From assembly GCF_000015225.1 (NCBI RefSeq), contig NC_008698.1:1-32000 (forward strand): a DNA stretch of 32,000 nucleotides, in the 5' to 3' direction. Source of the DNA: Thermofilum pendens Hrk 5. GTDB lineage: Archaea; Thermoproteota; Thermoprotei; Thermofilales; Thermofilaceae. The notes under the pieces are model-generated. The model searched no databases and had not been told where the DNA came from. It worked only from the letters and a program-made list of their open reading frames with translations. A program made the translations under genes and the position numbers. Shown piece after piece: positions 16,956 to 24,437 of this stretch (its first letter is position 1; every line of letters starts with the position of its first letter).

Positions 16956-17656
16956 TGACTAGGGCGGTTTTCTTCGACATGGGAGGGGTGCTCGTATTCG
17001 ACAGAGGGTTTGCGCACCATCTCGCCAGGAACGTCAGTCTGGCTCTACGCGAAGCAGGGCTGGAATACTCCGAGGAGGAGGTGCTCAGAGCCTGGAAGGA
17101 GTCAAGTGTGCACGGTGACGAGCTGGAAACCTGGGACCTTGTCAGATCCATGGTGTTGCTTAGAAAGCTGGGCGTAACCCCGAAACCCCTGCTCGCAGAG
17201 AAAGTGTACAAGGCTGTGCTCGAGAGCTACGTTCAAGGCTTCTCGCTGGACGAAGAGGCTGAGCACGCGCTGAGCCTGTCCCGTAGCCTAGGCTTCACCG
17301 TGGGGCTAATAACCAACGTTGGGAGCTACGAGATCGTGCGGAGGAGGCTTGAGGAAGCCGGGCTCCTGAAGTACGTAGACGTCATTGTAGCCTCGCAGGC
17401 TGTTGCCTGGAAAAAGCCTTCACCGAGGATATTCGAACTAGCGTGCTACCTGGCCGGCGTCGAGCCGGGCAACGCCGTCCACGTGGGCGACGACCCACGC
17501 ATAGATGTGGAGGGCGCCAAGAAAGCCGGGCTCAGGGCCGTACAAGTGCTGAAAGCCGGGCCTCCGAGAAGCCCCTACGCTGATGCGTGGGTCAACTCCG
17601 TAGGAGAAGTTCCAGGGATTCTAGAAGACTGGGTCTCCAAGGGGCTTTTTCGCTGA
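16955..17656 (+). CDS. HAD-superfamily hydrolase with atypical motif I
   Basis: Motif I FFDMGGVL (Asp+2 is Gly), motif II LITNVGS, motif III WKKPSP, motif IV GDDPRIDVEGA. Confidence 0.8.
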   Translation: MTRAVFFDMGGVLVFDRGFAHHLARNVSLALREAGLEYSEEEVLRAWKESSVHGDELETWDLVRSMVLLRKLGVTPKPLLAEKVYKAVLESYVQGFSLDEEAEHALSLSRSLGFTVGLITNVGSYEIVRRRLEEAGLLKYVDVIVASQAVAWKKPSPRIFELACYLAGVEPGNAVHVGDDPRIDVEGAKKAGLRAVQVLKAGPPRSPYADAWVNSVGEVPGILEDWVSKGLFR

Positions 17657-18203
17657 GTAAGATCCCGACGAGGCCCTTCACCGCAGCTCCGAGCCTCTCT
17701 CCGAAGACTACGAGCAGACAGTCCTCCTCCTCGGCTTCTCCGAGGACCTCCCCGCAGAGCCTCGGGGCGTACGAGCAGAGATCCTCGCCTCCCGGCGGCA
17801 ACCTGAACTTTCCCCCGTCGAACACGGCTATCACCGCGCCGTCTGCGCCCTCCCTAACCGCCTCATCCCTCAACTTCACAACGTTTTCAGCGGGCGGGTA
17901 CCCGTGCAGGAGCACGTATACAGCTTCCCGCGCGTTAAGCTCCCACGCAGGGGCAAGCCCGAGCCTCTTAGCGGACATCGCCTCAAGCAATCCGCGCACG
18001 CCGTTCCTCCCGCTATCCGTGAGAGCGTTCCCCGCCCGCACTGAGCGCACAAGCCCCCTCTCGTTGAGAAACCTTAGGTGGGACCTGACCACGCCCTCCC
18101 CGAGCCCGAGCTCGCTCGACAGCGTCTTCCTGCTTACGTAGCCGCCGCTAACATAGAGAAAAAGCAGAAAGGAAAGGTAGGTTTTAGAACTTCCAGTGCT
18201 CAT
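17592..18203 (-). CDS. winged-HTH protein with uncharacterised C-terminal domain (resembles archaeal DUF4443 family)
   Basis: N-terminal wHTH-like VSRKTLSSELGLGEGVVRSHLRFLNERGLV. About 120 aa of unassigned C-terminal domain. The start overlaps the DUF4430 gene by 20 nt. Confidence 0.45.
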   Translation of the reverse strand: MSTGSSKTYLSFLLFLYVSGGYVSRKTLSSELGLGEGVVRSHLRFLNERGLVRSVRAGNALTDSGRNGVRGLLEAMSAKRLGLAPAWELNAREAVYVLLHGYPPAENVVKLRDEAVREGADGAVIAVFDGGKFRLPPGGEDLCSYAPRLCGEVLGEAEEEDCLLVVFGERLGAAVKGLVGILLSEKAPWRPSLLESLELLLRS

Positions 18204-18681
18204 ACCTCCATACTATCACGTCGCCGTTCGCCAAGATATATTTGTCTGCCGCCACTTGCCCCATGACCAGCTGGGACTTTCCTGGGTCGTACCTGTACCA
18301 AAGCCACGAGTAACCCTCGTTCTTCGATAAGAACTTCTCGGAGACCCCGTTCACGCTGGTGACGTAGGCCCCCATCTGGGAAGTCTTGTACTCGACCTTC
18401 GCAACAGCTACTAGCGCGGTTAAGGCCGAGGAGCCAGAGGGAAGCGGGGTGGAGTTAAACCATACGATCGTCCCGTTCCCGTAGTCAATGCCTATATTCA
18501 CGAGCACGGTTCTCGATGCGTAGGATCTAAGGGAGGCTGAAAGCCGCTCGTTCTCCAGGTAGAGGTAGGCCGCGAAGCCGCTCGCAATTATCGCCCATGC
18601 GAGTAACGCTAGTACGAGTAACCCGGCGATCTTCCTTCCAGGGCTCTTCTCTCCAGACACGCATATTGGATTCTTATCCAA
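18184..18681 (-). CDS. DUF4430-domain (transcobalamin-beta-like) membrane-anchored protein
   Basis: N-terminal TM anchor, then GAYVTSVNGV...WLWYRYDP...AADKYILANGDVIVWRYE, typical of DUF4430. The track start is TTG 18681. GTG 18660 is more likely, because a TATA box sits 26 nt upstream of it. Confidence 0.7.
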   Translation of the reverse strand: MDKNPICVSGEKSPGRKIAGLLVLALLAWAIIASGFAAYLYLENERLSASLRSYASRTVLVNIGIDYGNGTIVWFNSTPLPSGSSALTALVAVAKVEYKTSQMGAYVTSVNGVSEKFLSKNEGYSWLWYRYDPGKSQLVMGQVAADKYILANGDVIVWRYEHWKF

Positions 18682-18690
18682 TATTTATGT
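18663..18690 (-). promoter_or_regulatory. TATA box plus palindromic operator (site A) upstream of the DUF4430 gene
   Basis: Minus strand reads CATAAATATTGGATAAGAATCCAATATGC-GTG. Perfect 9-bp inverted repeat ATATTGGAT-N4-ATCCAATAT (core TTGGA-N6-TCCAA) between the TATA box and GTG 18660. Confidence 0.55.
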
Positions 18691-19213
18691 TTTTCCCTAG
18701 TCTCCTCTCCAGCGCTTCTAGAAGCGCCACTGCCAGCGCCGACGTGGAAAACTCCGTTAAAGGCCCCACACCGACCAGGAAGCCTCCAACCACAGGCACG
18801 AATAGCCCTAGCAGACCGAAGACCAGCGCGTCCAGAGGCTTTAGACCGAAGATCATGTAAAAAAGAACTGATGTCGTCACGTCGAAAAGAAAGCACGATA
18901 GAAATGCCGACACAAATAGGTAGGTCTTCTCCAGCCCACGCCTATAAGAGAAGCCGAACACAGCGGAGAAAGCTCCCGCGAGGAAGGGGTTCACGAGAGT
19001 CCAGAAGCCTGGTCCTATCAGCATATCCGAGAGGACATACGAGAGAAAGCCTACTAGGAAGCCCTCCTTATAGCCAAGGATAGCAGAGGAGACAAACGCC
19101 ATGGCTAGAGGAATGTTTACAAACTGGACTGTCGTAACGAGGTTCTTCGCGACCCTGAAGACAACGGCCGTCGAGGTGAAGACAGCCACGGCCGCTATCC
19201 TTCTCGCGTCCAC
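18674..19213 (-). CDS. ECF-type S-component-like membrane protein (solitary)
   Basis: 179 aa, about 6 TM, size and topology of ECF S components. Adjacent to a DUF4430 gene, a pairing I recall from vitamin-uptake loci. GTG start. Confidence 0.5.
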   Translation of the reverse strand: MDARRIAAVAVFTSTAVVFRVAKNLVTTVQFVNIPLAMAFVSSAILGYKEGFLVGFLSYVLSDMLIGPGFWTLVNPFLAGAFSAVFGFSYRRGLEKTYLFVSAFLSCFLFDVTTSVLFYMIFGLKPLDALVFGLLGLFVPVVGGFLVGVGPLTEFSTSALAVALLEALERRLGKNINIG

Positions 19214-19219
19214 GGCTGG

Positions 19220-19242
19220 TTGGACAAAAATCCAATATTAAA
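19220..19242 (-). promoter_or_regulatory. TATA box plus palindromic operator (site B) upstream of the S-component gene
   Basis: Minus strand reads CTTTAATATTGGATTTTTGTCCAACCAGCC-GTG(19213). TTGGA-N6-TCCAA lies directly after the TATA box. It shares the 10-mer AATATTGGAT with site A. Confidence 0.55.
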
Positions 19243-19564
19243 GATTTATCCTCTGCACCAGGAAATCCAGCGCTTTGCCAGCATACCTCGTGAGAACGTA
19301 AATGACCACAACTGCGAGAAACGCTAGTACAAGTGGGAGAACAGCAGTCTCGGCGTAAGCCCTAAACACGCTAAGGCTGGACCAGGGCGTTACACCGGTA
19401 ACTCTCTCCGCAGCGGCTAGCGTGACTAAAACAGCCAAGATGATGAAAGAGAAGAACACGGCGAGAAGCCAACCTAGCAGTAGCTTTTCCAGCACTGCGC
19501 GTTCAACCCGTCCTAGCTTTTCAGCCAGGACAATACTTCGTCGAGCTGCCCCTGGGTCATGCAC
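19238..19564 (-). CDS. small 2-TM membrane protein (start uncertain)
   Basis: 108-aa track ORF (GTG 19564) overlaps the upstream gene by 52 nt. In-frame GTG 19495 would give 85 aa with no overlap. Two long hydrophobic helices. Confidence 0.4.
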   Translation of the reverse strand: MHDPGAARRSIVLAEKLGRVERAVLEKLLLGWLLAVFFSFIILAVLVTLAAAERVTGVTPWSSLSVFRAYAETAVLPLVLAFLAVVVIYVLTRYAGKALDFLVQRINL

Positions 19565-20814
19565 GCGTTAATATCGAGGCAACCAGGTACGACGAGGCCT
19601 TTCCCCTTCTCGGGGTTCCAGAATATAAGCGTCGGCGTACCCGTGTAGCCATCGCTTATCAGCTTCTGGGAGAGAGACCTCACATGCTCCGCGCCGGCGT
19701 TAACCTGCTTGAGGCACTCGTCTATCAAAGCCTTACCAGTGTACGTCGACGCGATGCTCGATAAGTCTTCGAGTGTAGTGCTCACGCCTTGGTTCAGCTT
19801 GTCGTAAAGCTTCCTCGACAAGTTGAAGTAGAGGTACCCGTCCCCCGTCTTGTTGTAAACGCACTTAGCTAGAGCGTGCATCTCTGCAACCTCGGGGTGC
19901 ACTATTAGGTCTACAAGTACCACTTTAAGTGACCCCGACTTGGCTAGCCTCGTAAAGGTGTCGCCAAGGCTCGCCATGAGCTTCGCGCAGAACGGGCAGT
20001 GGTAGTCCTCGAGTATGTAAAGGGTTAAGCTAGAGGAGCCTACAGGGACACCTTCCCTTGCCAGGTAAGAGGGAGGAGGTGTTCTGATTTCGTAGACTTG
20101 AACTCCGAAATATTCCAGTACTCTGCCCGAGACGTCCTCTCTGAAGGTGTAGTATCCGTTGCCTAAAGGCTTTATGAAGGCGTAGCCCTTCGAGAGGTTG
20201 TAGTCCGACTTGAAGACTATCGCCGGTAACCTTGTCAACGTGAAACTCACACTACTCGGCGTGACGTAGGTTATCCTGGAGACATTGGAGAGGGAGAGCT
20301 GGCTCAGTATACGCCTCATGTCGTCCTCGCCCGCCCTTATGCCTGTAAACGGAGCAGTGGAGTTCACTATTATGGCTTCCGACTGGTACGTGAAAACGGG
20401 AGAAGCCCCCGCGGAGGAAGCCATGTAGGCTGAAACACCTGGGTTTAGAACTTTGTAGCCCCCAACCTCGCCTACGACCAGTTGTTCTAGCGCGGAGATA
20501 TTCCCTTTGAGAAGGAGCGCCGGGTACACTCTGAGCTTCTCCGGGAGGCTCGATGCCGGCAGGTAGCACACGGGGACATTCACTATGTTGATCCCGTACT
20601 GCTGTAGCACTACCTTGAAGTTAGAGGTTATAGTGTCACCCAGGTTTTTCTGCGCCTCGTCAAGGTACACGTAGACTAGGCTTGTAGGCTGGCAGGACGG
20701 CTGCGGCTGCTGGACGCTTCCCGGCGGCGCAGCCTGTTTCAGCAAGAGGAGGCTCAGCCCGGCGGCGACGGCCACAGCGACTGCTAGTAGTGCGTATACT
20801 ACTTTCTTGTCCAT
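19513..20814 (-). CDS. extracytoplasmic DsbA/thioredoxin-fold thiol:disulfide oxidoreductase with a large N-terminal extension
   Basis: Signal-anchor MDKKVVYALLAVAVAVAAGLSLLLL. C-terminal thioredoxin-like domain with active site YHCPFCAKL and cis-Pro context TGTPTLIF. Several N-x-S/T sequons. Confidence 0.75.
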   Translation of the reverse strand: MDKKVVYALLAVAVAVAAGLSLLLLKQAAPPGSVQQPQPSCQPTSLVYVYLDEAQKNLGDTITSNFKVVLQQYGINIVNVPVCYLPASSLPEKLRVYPALLLKGNISALEQLVVGEVGGYKVLNPGVSAYMASSAGASPVFTYQSEAIIVNSTAPFTGIRAGEDDMRRILSQLSLSNVSRITYVTPSSVSFTLTRLPAIVFKSDYNLSKGYAFIKPLGNGYYTFREDVSGRVLEYFGVQVYEIRTPPPSYLAREGVPVGSSSLTLYILEDYHCPFCAKLMASLGDTFTRLAKSGSLKVVLVDLIVHPEVAEMHALAKCVYNKTGDGYLYFNLSRKLYDKLNQGVSTTLEDLSSIASTYTGKALIDECLKQVNAGAEHVRSLSQKLISDGYTGTPTLIFWNPEKGKGLVVPGCLDINACMTQGQLDEVLSWLKS

Positions 20815-20981
20815 TTCGCGTCAAGCCTCGCTGGAGATGCATACACTAAAAGCTTTCGGCGCTGAGAGGGGGGTCGCGCCACGTGCTTCTCCGGCCACCG
20901 GTTGGCTAAGCTTGGGAAAAAACGCGGGTACCCGTGCCTTCGTTTGGAGGTTCTTATACGCGCTATACTTTCGGCATGTGC

Positions 20982-20996
20982 TAAAAATATTTAAAC
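20982..20996 (+). promoter_or_regulatory. TATA-box-like element for the aminotransferase gene
   Basis: TAAAAATATTTAAAC centred about 29 nt upstream of GTG 21018. Confidence 0.4.
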
Positions 20997-21017
20997 ATAT
21001 GCGCAAAATGTATTTAC

Positions 21018-22220
21018 GTGAGTAAAACCAGACTGTCTGAGAGGATAGGTAGGCTGGACTACCCTATAAGGAAGTACAACGCTCTCGCAAGGTCCCTCGA
21101 GGAGAAGGGGGAGAAGGTAATATACTTGAACATCGGCGACCCCTTGAAGTACGACTTCACTCCTCCGAGCGAGCTTGTCGAAGAAGCCTGCAGGGCCCTC
21201 AGAGAAGGGCACCACTACTACTCTCCGTCAGAGGGGCTCAAGGAGCTTCGCGAAGCCATAGCCTTCAAGGAGAAGTCCTGGAACGGCGTTCAAGTCGACC
21301 CTAAGAACGTGCTCGTGACGAACGGGGTCTCCGAGGGCATAAACGCGCTCTACGCCGCGCTCGTAAACGAGGGTGACGAGGTGCTCATACCTGACCCGAG
21401 CTACCCTCTTTACATAAACTTCGCGGACTTCTACAACGCCAAGAAGGTGTTTTACCGGACGCTGGAAGAGGAGGGCTGGAGGCCCGACCCCGACGATATC
21501 AGGAGGAAGATAACCGATAAAACGAGGTTCATAGTGATAAACAACCCGCACAACCCCACGGGAGCGGTCTACCCCGAGAAAACGGTGAAGGAGATACTCG
21601 ACATCGCGGCAGAGCACGGCTTACCGGTAGTCTCCGACGAGATTTACGACGCACTTGTGTTCGAGGGTTCCTTCAAGAGCACAGCCGCCGTTGCCAGCGA
21701 GGACAACGTAGTGATAGGCATGAACGGCTTCTCTAAAACATTCCTCGTAACCGGGTGGAGGCTCGGGTACATCTACCTGAGGGGGCCTGAAGAGAAAATC
21801 GCGGATCTGAGGGCCGCCCTCCTAGGATTCCTGATGACGAGGCTCAGCGCCGTTACCCCACTTCAAGTCGCGCTGGCAAGGTTTGCCGTAAAGGCTCCGA
21901 AGCACCTCGAAGACCTCAAGAGGAGGCTCGACGAGAGGAGGCGCTACACTGTTAGGAGGCTTAACGAGATACCGGGAGTCAGCCTGGCCACTAGCCCCGC
22001 GGGAGCCTTCTACGCGTTCCCGCGGATCGACGTCGACATGGATGACGAGGAGTTCACGAAGAGGCTCCTACTAGAAGAAAAAGTGTTCGTGGTCTACGGA
22101 TCCGGCTTCGGCCCCCTAGGTGCCCGCCACGTTAGGCTGGTTTTCCTACCCCCCGTACAGCAACTGGAGGAAGCCTTCGTCAGGATGGAGAGGTTCATGA
22201 GGAGAGTTGCCGGGAGCTAG
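21018..22220 (+). CDS. class I PLP-dependent aminotransferase (alanine/aspartate aminotransferase-like)
   Basis: 400 aa. LNIGDP, NPHNPTG, PLP-lysine block NGFSKTFLVTGWRLGY, C-terminal RLVFLPP. Collinear with my recollection of archaeal AlaT-type enzymes. Confidence 0.9.
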   Translation: MSKTRLSERIGRLDYPIRKYNALARSLEEKGEKVIYLNIGDPLKYDFTPPSELVEEACRALREGHHYYSPSEGLKELREAIAFKEKSWNGVQVDPKNVLVTNGVSEGINALYAALVNEGDEVLIPDPSYPLYINFADFYNAKKVFYRTLEEEGWRPDPDDIRRKITDKTRFIVINNPHNPTGAVYPEKTVKEILDIAAEHGLPVVSDEIYDALVFEGSFKSTAAVASEDNVVIGMNGFSKTFLVTGWRLGYIYLRGPEEKIADLRAALLGFLMTRLSAVTPLQVALARFAVKAPKHLEDLKRRLDERRRYTVRRLNEIPGVSLATSPAGAFYAFPRIDVDMDDEEFTKRLLLEEKVFVVYGSGFGPLGARHVRLVFLPPVQQLEEAFVRMERFMRRVAGS

Positions 22221-22636
22221 GGCGCTACGGGTACTCCGAGCTTTTTCGCTATTTCTCTCAGCTCTTCGTCGTAGGTAGCCAGCGTTGCACCCATCCTCTG
22301 GGCGAGTACCAGGATTATGTAGTCGTTGATCATGGAGGGGTCAGCCTTGTCCTCTTTCATCAGGTCGAGCGCCCCCATGAATACCTCGCTGTTCTCACTT
22401 ATGTATATGAAGCGCGCGTCGCTGAAGTACTCCTCCAGCTTTTCACGCACACTGTCGATGTCTATCTTGAACTTCGTGAGGAGAAGCCAGAGGTACTCGT
22501 GCACCACGATGGAGGCCAGGTAGATCCTGTCAGCCTCATCGAGGAGCTCCGAGGCTTCGGCGTGCTTCTCGCTATCCTCGAAGGTGTCGTGCAACAGGAT
22601 ATCCGTGTCGACAACTATCCTGGTTACGTCTCCCAT
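22217..22636 (-). CDS. vapC: PIN-domain ribonuclease toxin
   Basis: 139 aa. Acidic PIN residues in VVDTDILL, VHEYL, INDYIIL, LATYDEEL. Overlaps the upstream antitoxin gene by 13 nt. Confidence 0.85.
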   Translation of the reverse strand: MGDVTRIVVDTDILLHDTFEDSEKHAEASELLDEADRIYLASIVVHEYLWLLLTKFKIDIDSVREKLEEYFSDARFIYISENSEVFMGALDLMKEDKADPSMINDYIILVLAQRMGATLATYDEELREIAKKLGVPVAP

Positions 22637-22920
22637 CTCGCGATCACCAACTCGTCCAGGGCCTCTTTTATCAGCTTTTCCATCTCCTCCGTCCTTATCT
22701 GCCTGCCCAGCCTGAGCGGCGACCTCTTAGTCCTAAACCTCAGTAGCAAAGCGGAGCCCTCGCGGGTTATGCTGACGTAGGCTGGAAGCGTTACGCCCAT
22801 ATCCTTTAGCACCGCTAAGGGTAGCTTTACGTTGCCCTCCTCGTCCACCCTTGCAATAAACCTCTTCTTTCCGGCCACGTAAAGCTCTCCGCGAAATGCA
22901 AATATATTGTTTACCCACAT
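22624..22920 (-). CDS. vapB: AbrB/SpoVT-fold antitoxin
   Basis: Swapped-hairpin-like motif RVDEEGNVKLPLAVLKDMGV, coupled to vapC. The true start is probably GTG 22878 (84 aa), because a strong TATA box lies inside the 5' end of the longest ORF. Confidence 0.7.
   Translation of the reverse strand: MWVNNIFAFRGELYVAGKKRFIARVDEEGNVKLPLAVLKDMGVTLPAYVSITREGSALLLRFRTKRSPLRLGRQIRTEEMEKLIKEALDELVIARWET
22900..22908 (-). promoter_or_regulatory. TATA box of the vapBC operon
   Basis: Minus strand AATATATTT centred 26 nt upstream of in-frame GTG 22878. Confidence 0.45.
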
Positions 22921-22970
22921 AGTCGTCAGAAAGAGCCAGGTGGTGATGAGCCATCGAGGAGAAAACCTTC

Positions 22971-23333
22971 GTGCGCGACGGCGTCAGGTTCTCGCTACTA
23001 GAGGACTTCAAGCAACTCCCAGCTGCGCTCCAAAGACAGCCCCGGGGCGAGCGGTGGGACCTGCTCGTAGTGGACGAGTTCATGACAGCAGAGATAGTCT
23101 CGACGGGGGACGCGCTGTTGCTTGCAATGTACGCCGAGGTAGAAGCCCCCGCCGGGCCTATCCCTCAGCCTACCGACCCGGACATAACCCTAGTGCCCGA
23201 AGGCGGGACTCTGAAGCTGAAGGCGTTCACGAGGTACCCGATGCAGGGGACTCTCATCTACCACTCGATCATAAAGAAGATCAACGAGTTCAGAAGAACT
23301 CTGGCAGCGCTACTGGCGGTCTCTAGTAAATAG
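22971..23333 (+). CDS. hypothetical protein
   Basis: 120-aa GTG-start ORF with normal codon periodicity. Preferred over the overlapping Arg/Pro/Ser-rich frame 22907..23326. No motif recognised. Confidence 0.5.
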   Translation: MRDGVRFSLLEDFKQLPAALQRQPRGERWDLLVVDEFMTAEIVSTGDALLLAMYAEVEAPAGPIPQPTDPDITLVPEGGTLKLKAFTRYPMQGTLIYHSIIKKINEFRRTLAALLAVSSK

Positions 23334-23510
23334 CCTGGCTTCTAGCTTGCGCGTTTATGCGAAAGTTTCGGGCCTGCGTCCCATGTCCTCGGGCGTCGCG
23401 CGTGTGATTAAAAACAATTGCACACTTACTAAAGTTTAGTTTAGTTTGCAGAGAGCATCGTGCGTACACCGCGAAAGGCATATTAATTCTAAAAGTTAGA
23501 GCGGGGATTC

Positions 23511-24437
23511 GTGAATGTAGGTATAACGGGGGGCGCCGGCTTCATAGGCTTCAACACGGCCAGGTACCTCGCGTCGCGCGGGTTCCAGGTAGTGGTGCTG
23601 GACGACTTCTCCAGGGCGACCGTGGGGAGGGAGGACTTGGAGAAGGTGGGCGCCGAGGTCTACGAGGGCGACGTGCGGGACGCCGAAGCCTTGAGGAGGT
23701 TTCTATCGGGAGTCGACGCGGTAATCCATCTGGCAGCCCTCGTGGACGTCCGGGAGAGCGAGGAAAGGCCGGAGGAGTACTGGAGCGTGAACGTAGAGGG
23801 TACACGGGCTCTATTAGCGGAGGCTTCGCGCGCAGGGGTTAGGAAGGTCGTGTTCGCGTCGAGCGCGGCGGTGTACGGAGACTTAGGGGGGCTTACCGCG
23901 GGGGAGGAGGTAGACGCGAGGCCGAAGTCTTTTTACGGGTTGACGAAAAGGGTTGGCGAAGAGCTCTGTAGGTTTTTCTCGGGGAGGGGCGTGGTCTGCG
24001 TTGCTTTGAGGATTTTCAACGTGTACGGGGAGTACAGCAGGCGGGGAGTGATCTACGAGTTTGCCCGCAGGGTGCTCTCGGGTTTGCCGGTGAAGGTGTA
24101 CGGTGACGGAAACCAGACTAGGGACTTTGTCTACGTGGGGGACGTAGCGCGGGCATTCGAGGCTGTGATCGCCGAGTGGAGCGGTGGCTTCGAAGTGTTT
24201 AACGTTGCGAGCGGGCGTTGCGTCTCGGTGAACGAGCTAGTCAGGCTTTTCGAGCAAGTTACCGGCAAGCGCGTAGGGGTCTTGAGAGAGCCGGCAAGAC
24301 CTGAGGAGATTAGGCGTAGCTGTGCGAGCACCGAGAAAGCGGCGAGGATGCTCGGGTTCAGGGCTTCGACGAGCCTCGAGGAGGGCGTGAGGAGGGTAGT
24401 CGAGTGGGTAGCTAGGTATGCCGAGGATAAGGTATGA
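23511..24437 (+). CDS. NAD-dependent nucleoside-diphosphate-sugar epimerase/dehydratase (extended SDR, GalE-like)
   Basis: Rossmann motif GGAGFIG, catalytic YGLTK (YxxxK), 308 aa. Confidence 0.9.
   Translation: MNVGITGGAGFIGFNTARYLASRGFQVVVLDDFSRATVGREDLEKVGAEVYEGDVRDAEALRRFLSGVDAVIHLAALVDVRESEERPEEYWSVNVEGTRALLAEASRAGVRKVVFASSAAVYGDLGGLTAGEEVDARPKSFYGLTKRVGEELCRFFSGRGVVCVALRIFNVYGEYSRRGVIYEFARRVLSGLPVKVYGDGNQTRDFVYVGDVARAFEAVIAEWSGGFEVFNVASGRCVSVNELVRLFEQVTGKRVGVLREPARPEEIRRSCASTEKAARMLGFRASTSLEEGVRRVVEWVARYAEDKV

Noticed and set aside
17587-18141. 184-aa plus-strand ORF
   Set aside because: This Ser/Pro-rich frame is antisense to the wHTH gene. It has no motifs or start context, and the minus-strand frame has a sensible HTH.
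20924-20933. 10-nt perfect palindrome CGGGTACCCG, plus a 6/7 inverted repeat GCATGTG...CATATGC (20974-21002) around the aminotransferase TATA box
   Set aside because: Both are short, one has a mismatch, there is no second copy in the window, and they are compatible with chance. Worth noting only if TSS or regulator data point here.
20807-21025. 72-aa (+) and 61-aa (-) ORFs in the 203-nt spacer upstream of the aminotransferase gene
   Set aside because: They overlap each other and the promoter/TATA region. Their composition is atypical and there is no start context.
22327-22363. Minus-strand CUGAUGA - 12 nt - CUGA - 7 nt - AUGAUCA arrangement inside vapC
   Set aside because: It lies in the sense strand of a coding region and lacks the terminal D box at the expected distance. 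Judged coincidental.
22943-22949. Perfect C-box GUGAUGA on the plus strand between vapB and the 120-aa ORF
   Set aside because: No CUGA D box (or D'/C' pair) occurs within the next 70 nt or so, so it is not a C/D sRNA.
22907-23326. 139-aa ORF overlapping the 120-aa ORF in another frame
   Set aside because: The Arg/Ser/Pro/Gly-rich translation lacks codon periodicity. The 22971..23333 frame looks genuinely coding.
23434-23447. Micro tandem repeat GTTTAGTTTAGTTT upstream of the epimerase gene
   Set aside because: Only about 2.5 copies of a 5-mer in an A/T-rich promoter spacer, with no array structure. Not a CRISPR or a satellite.
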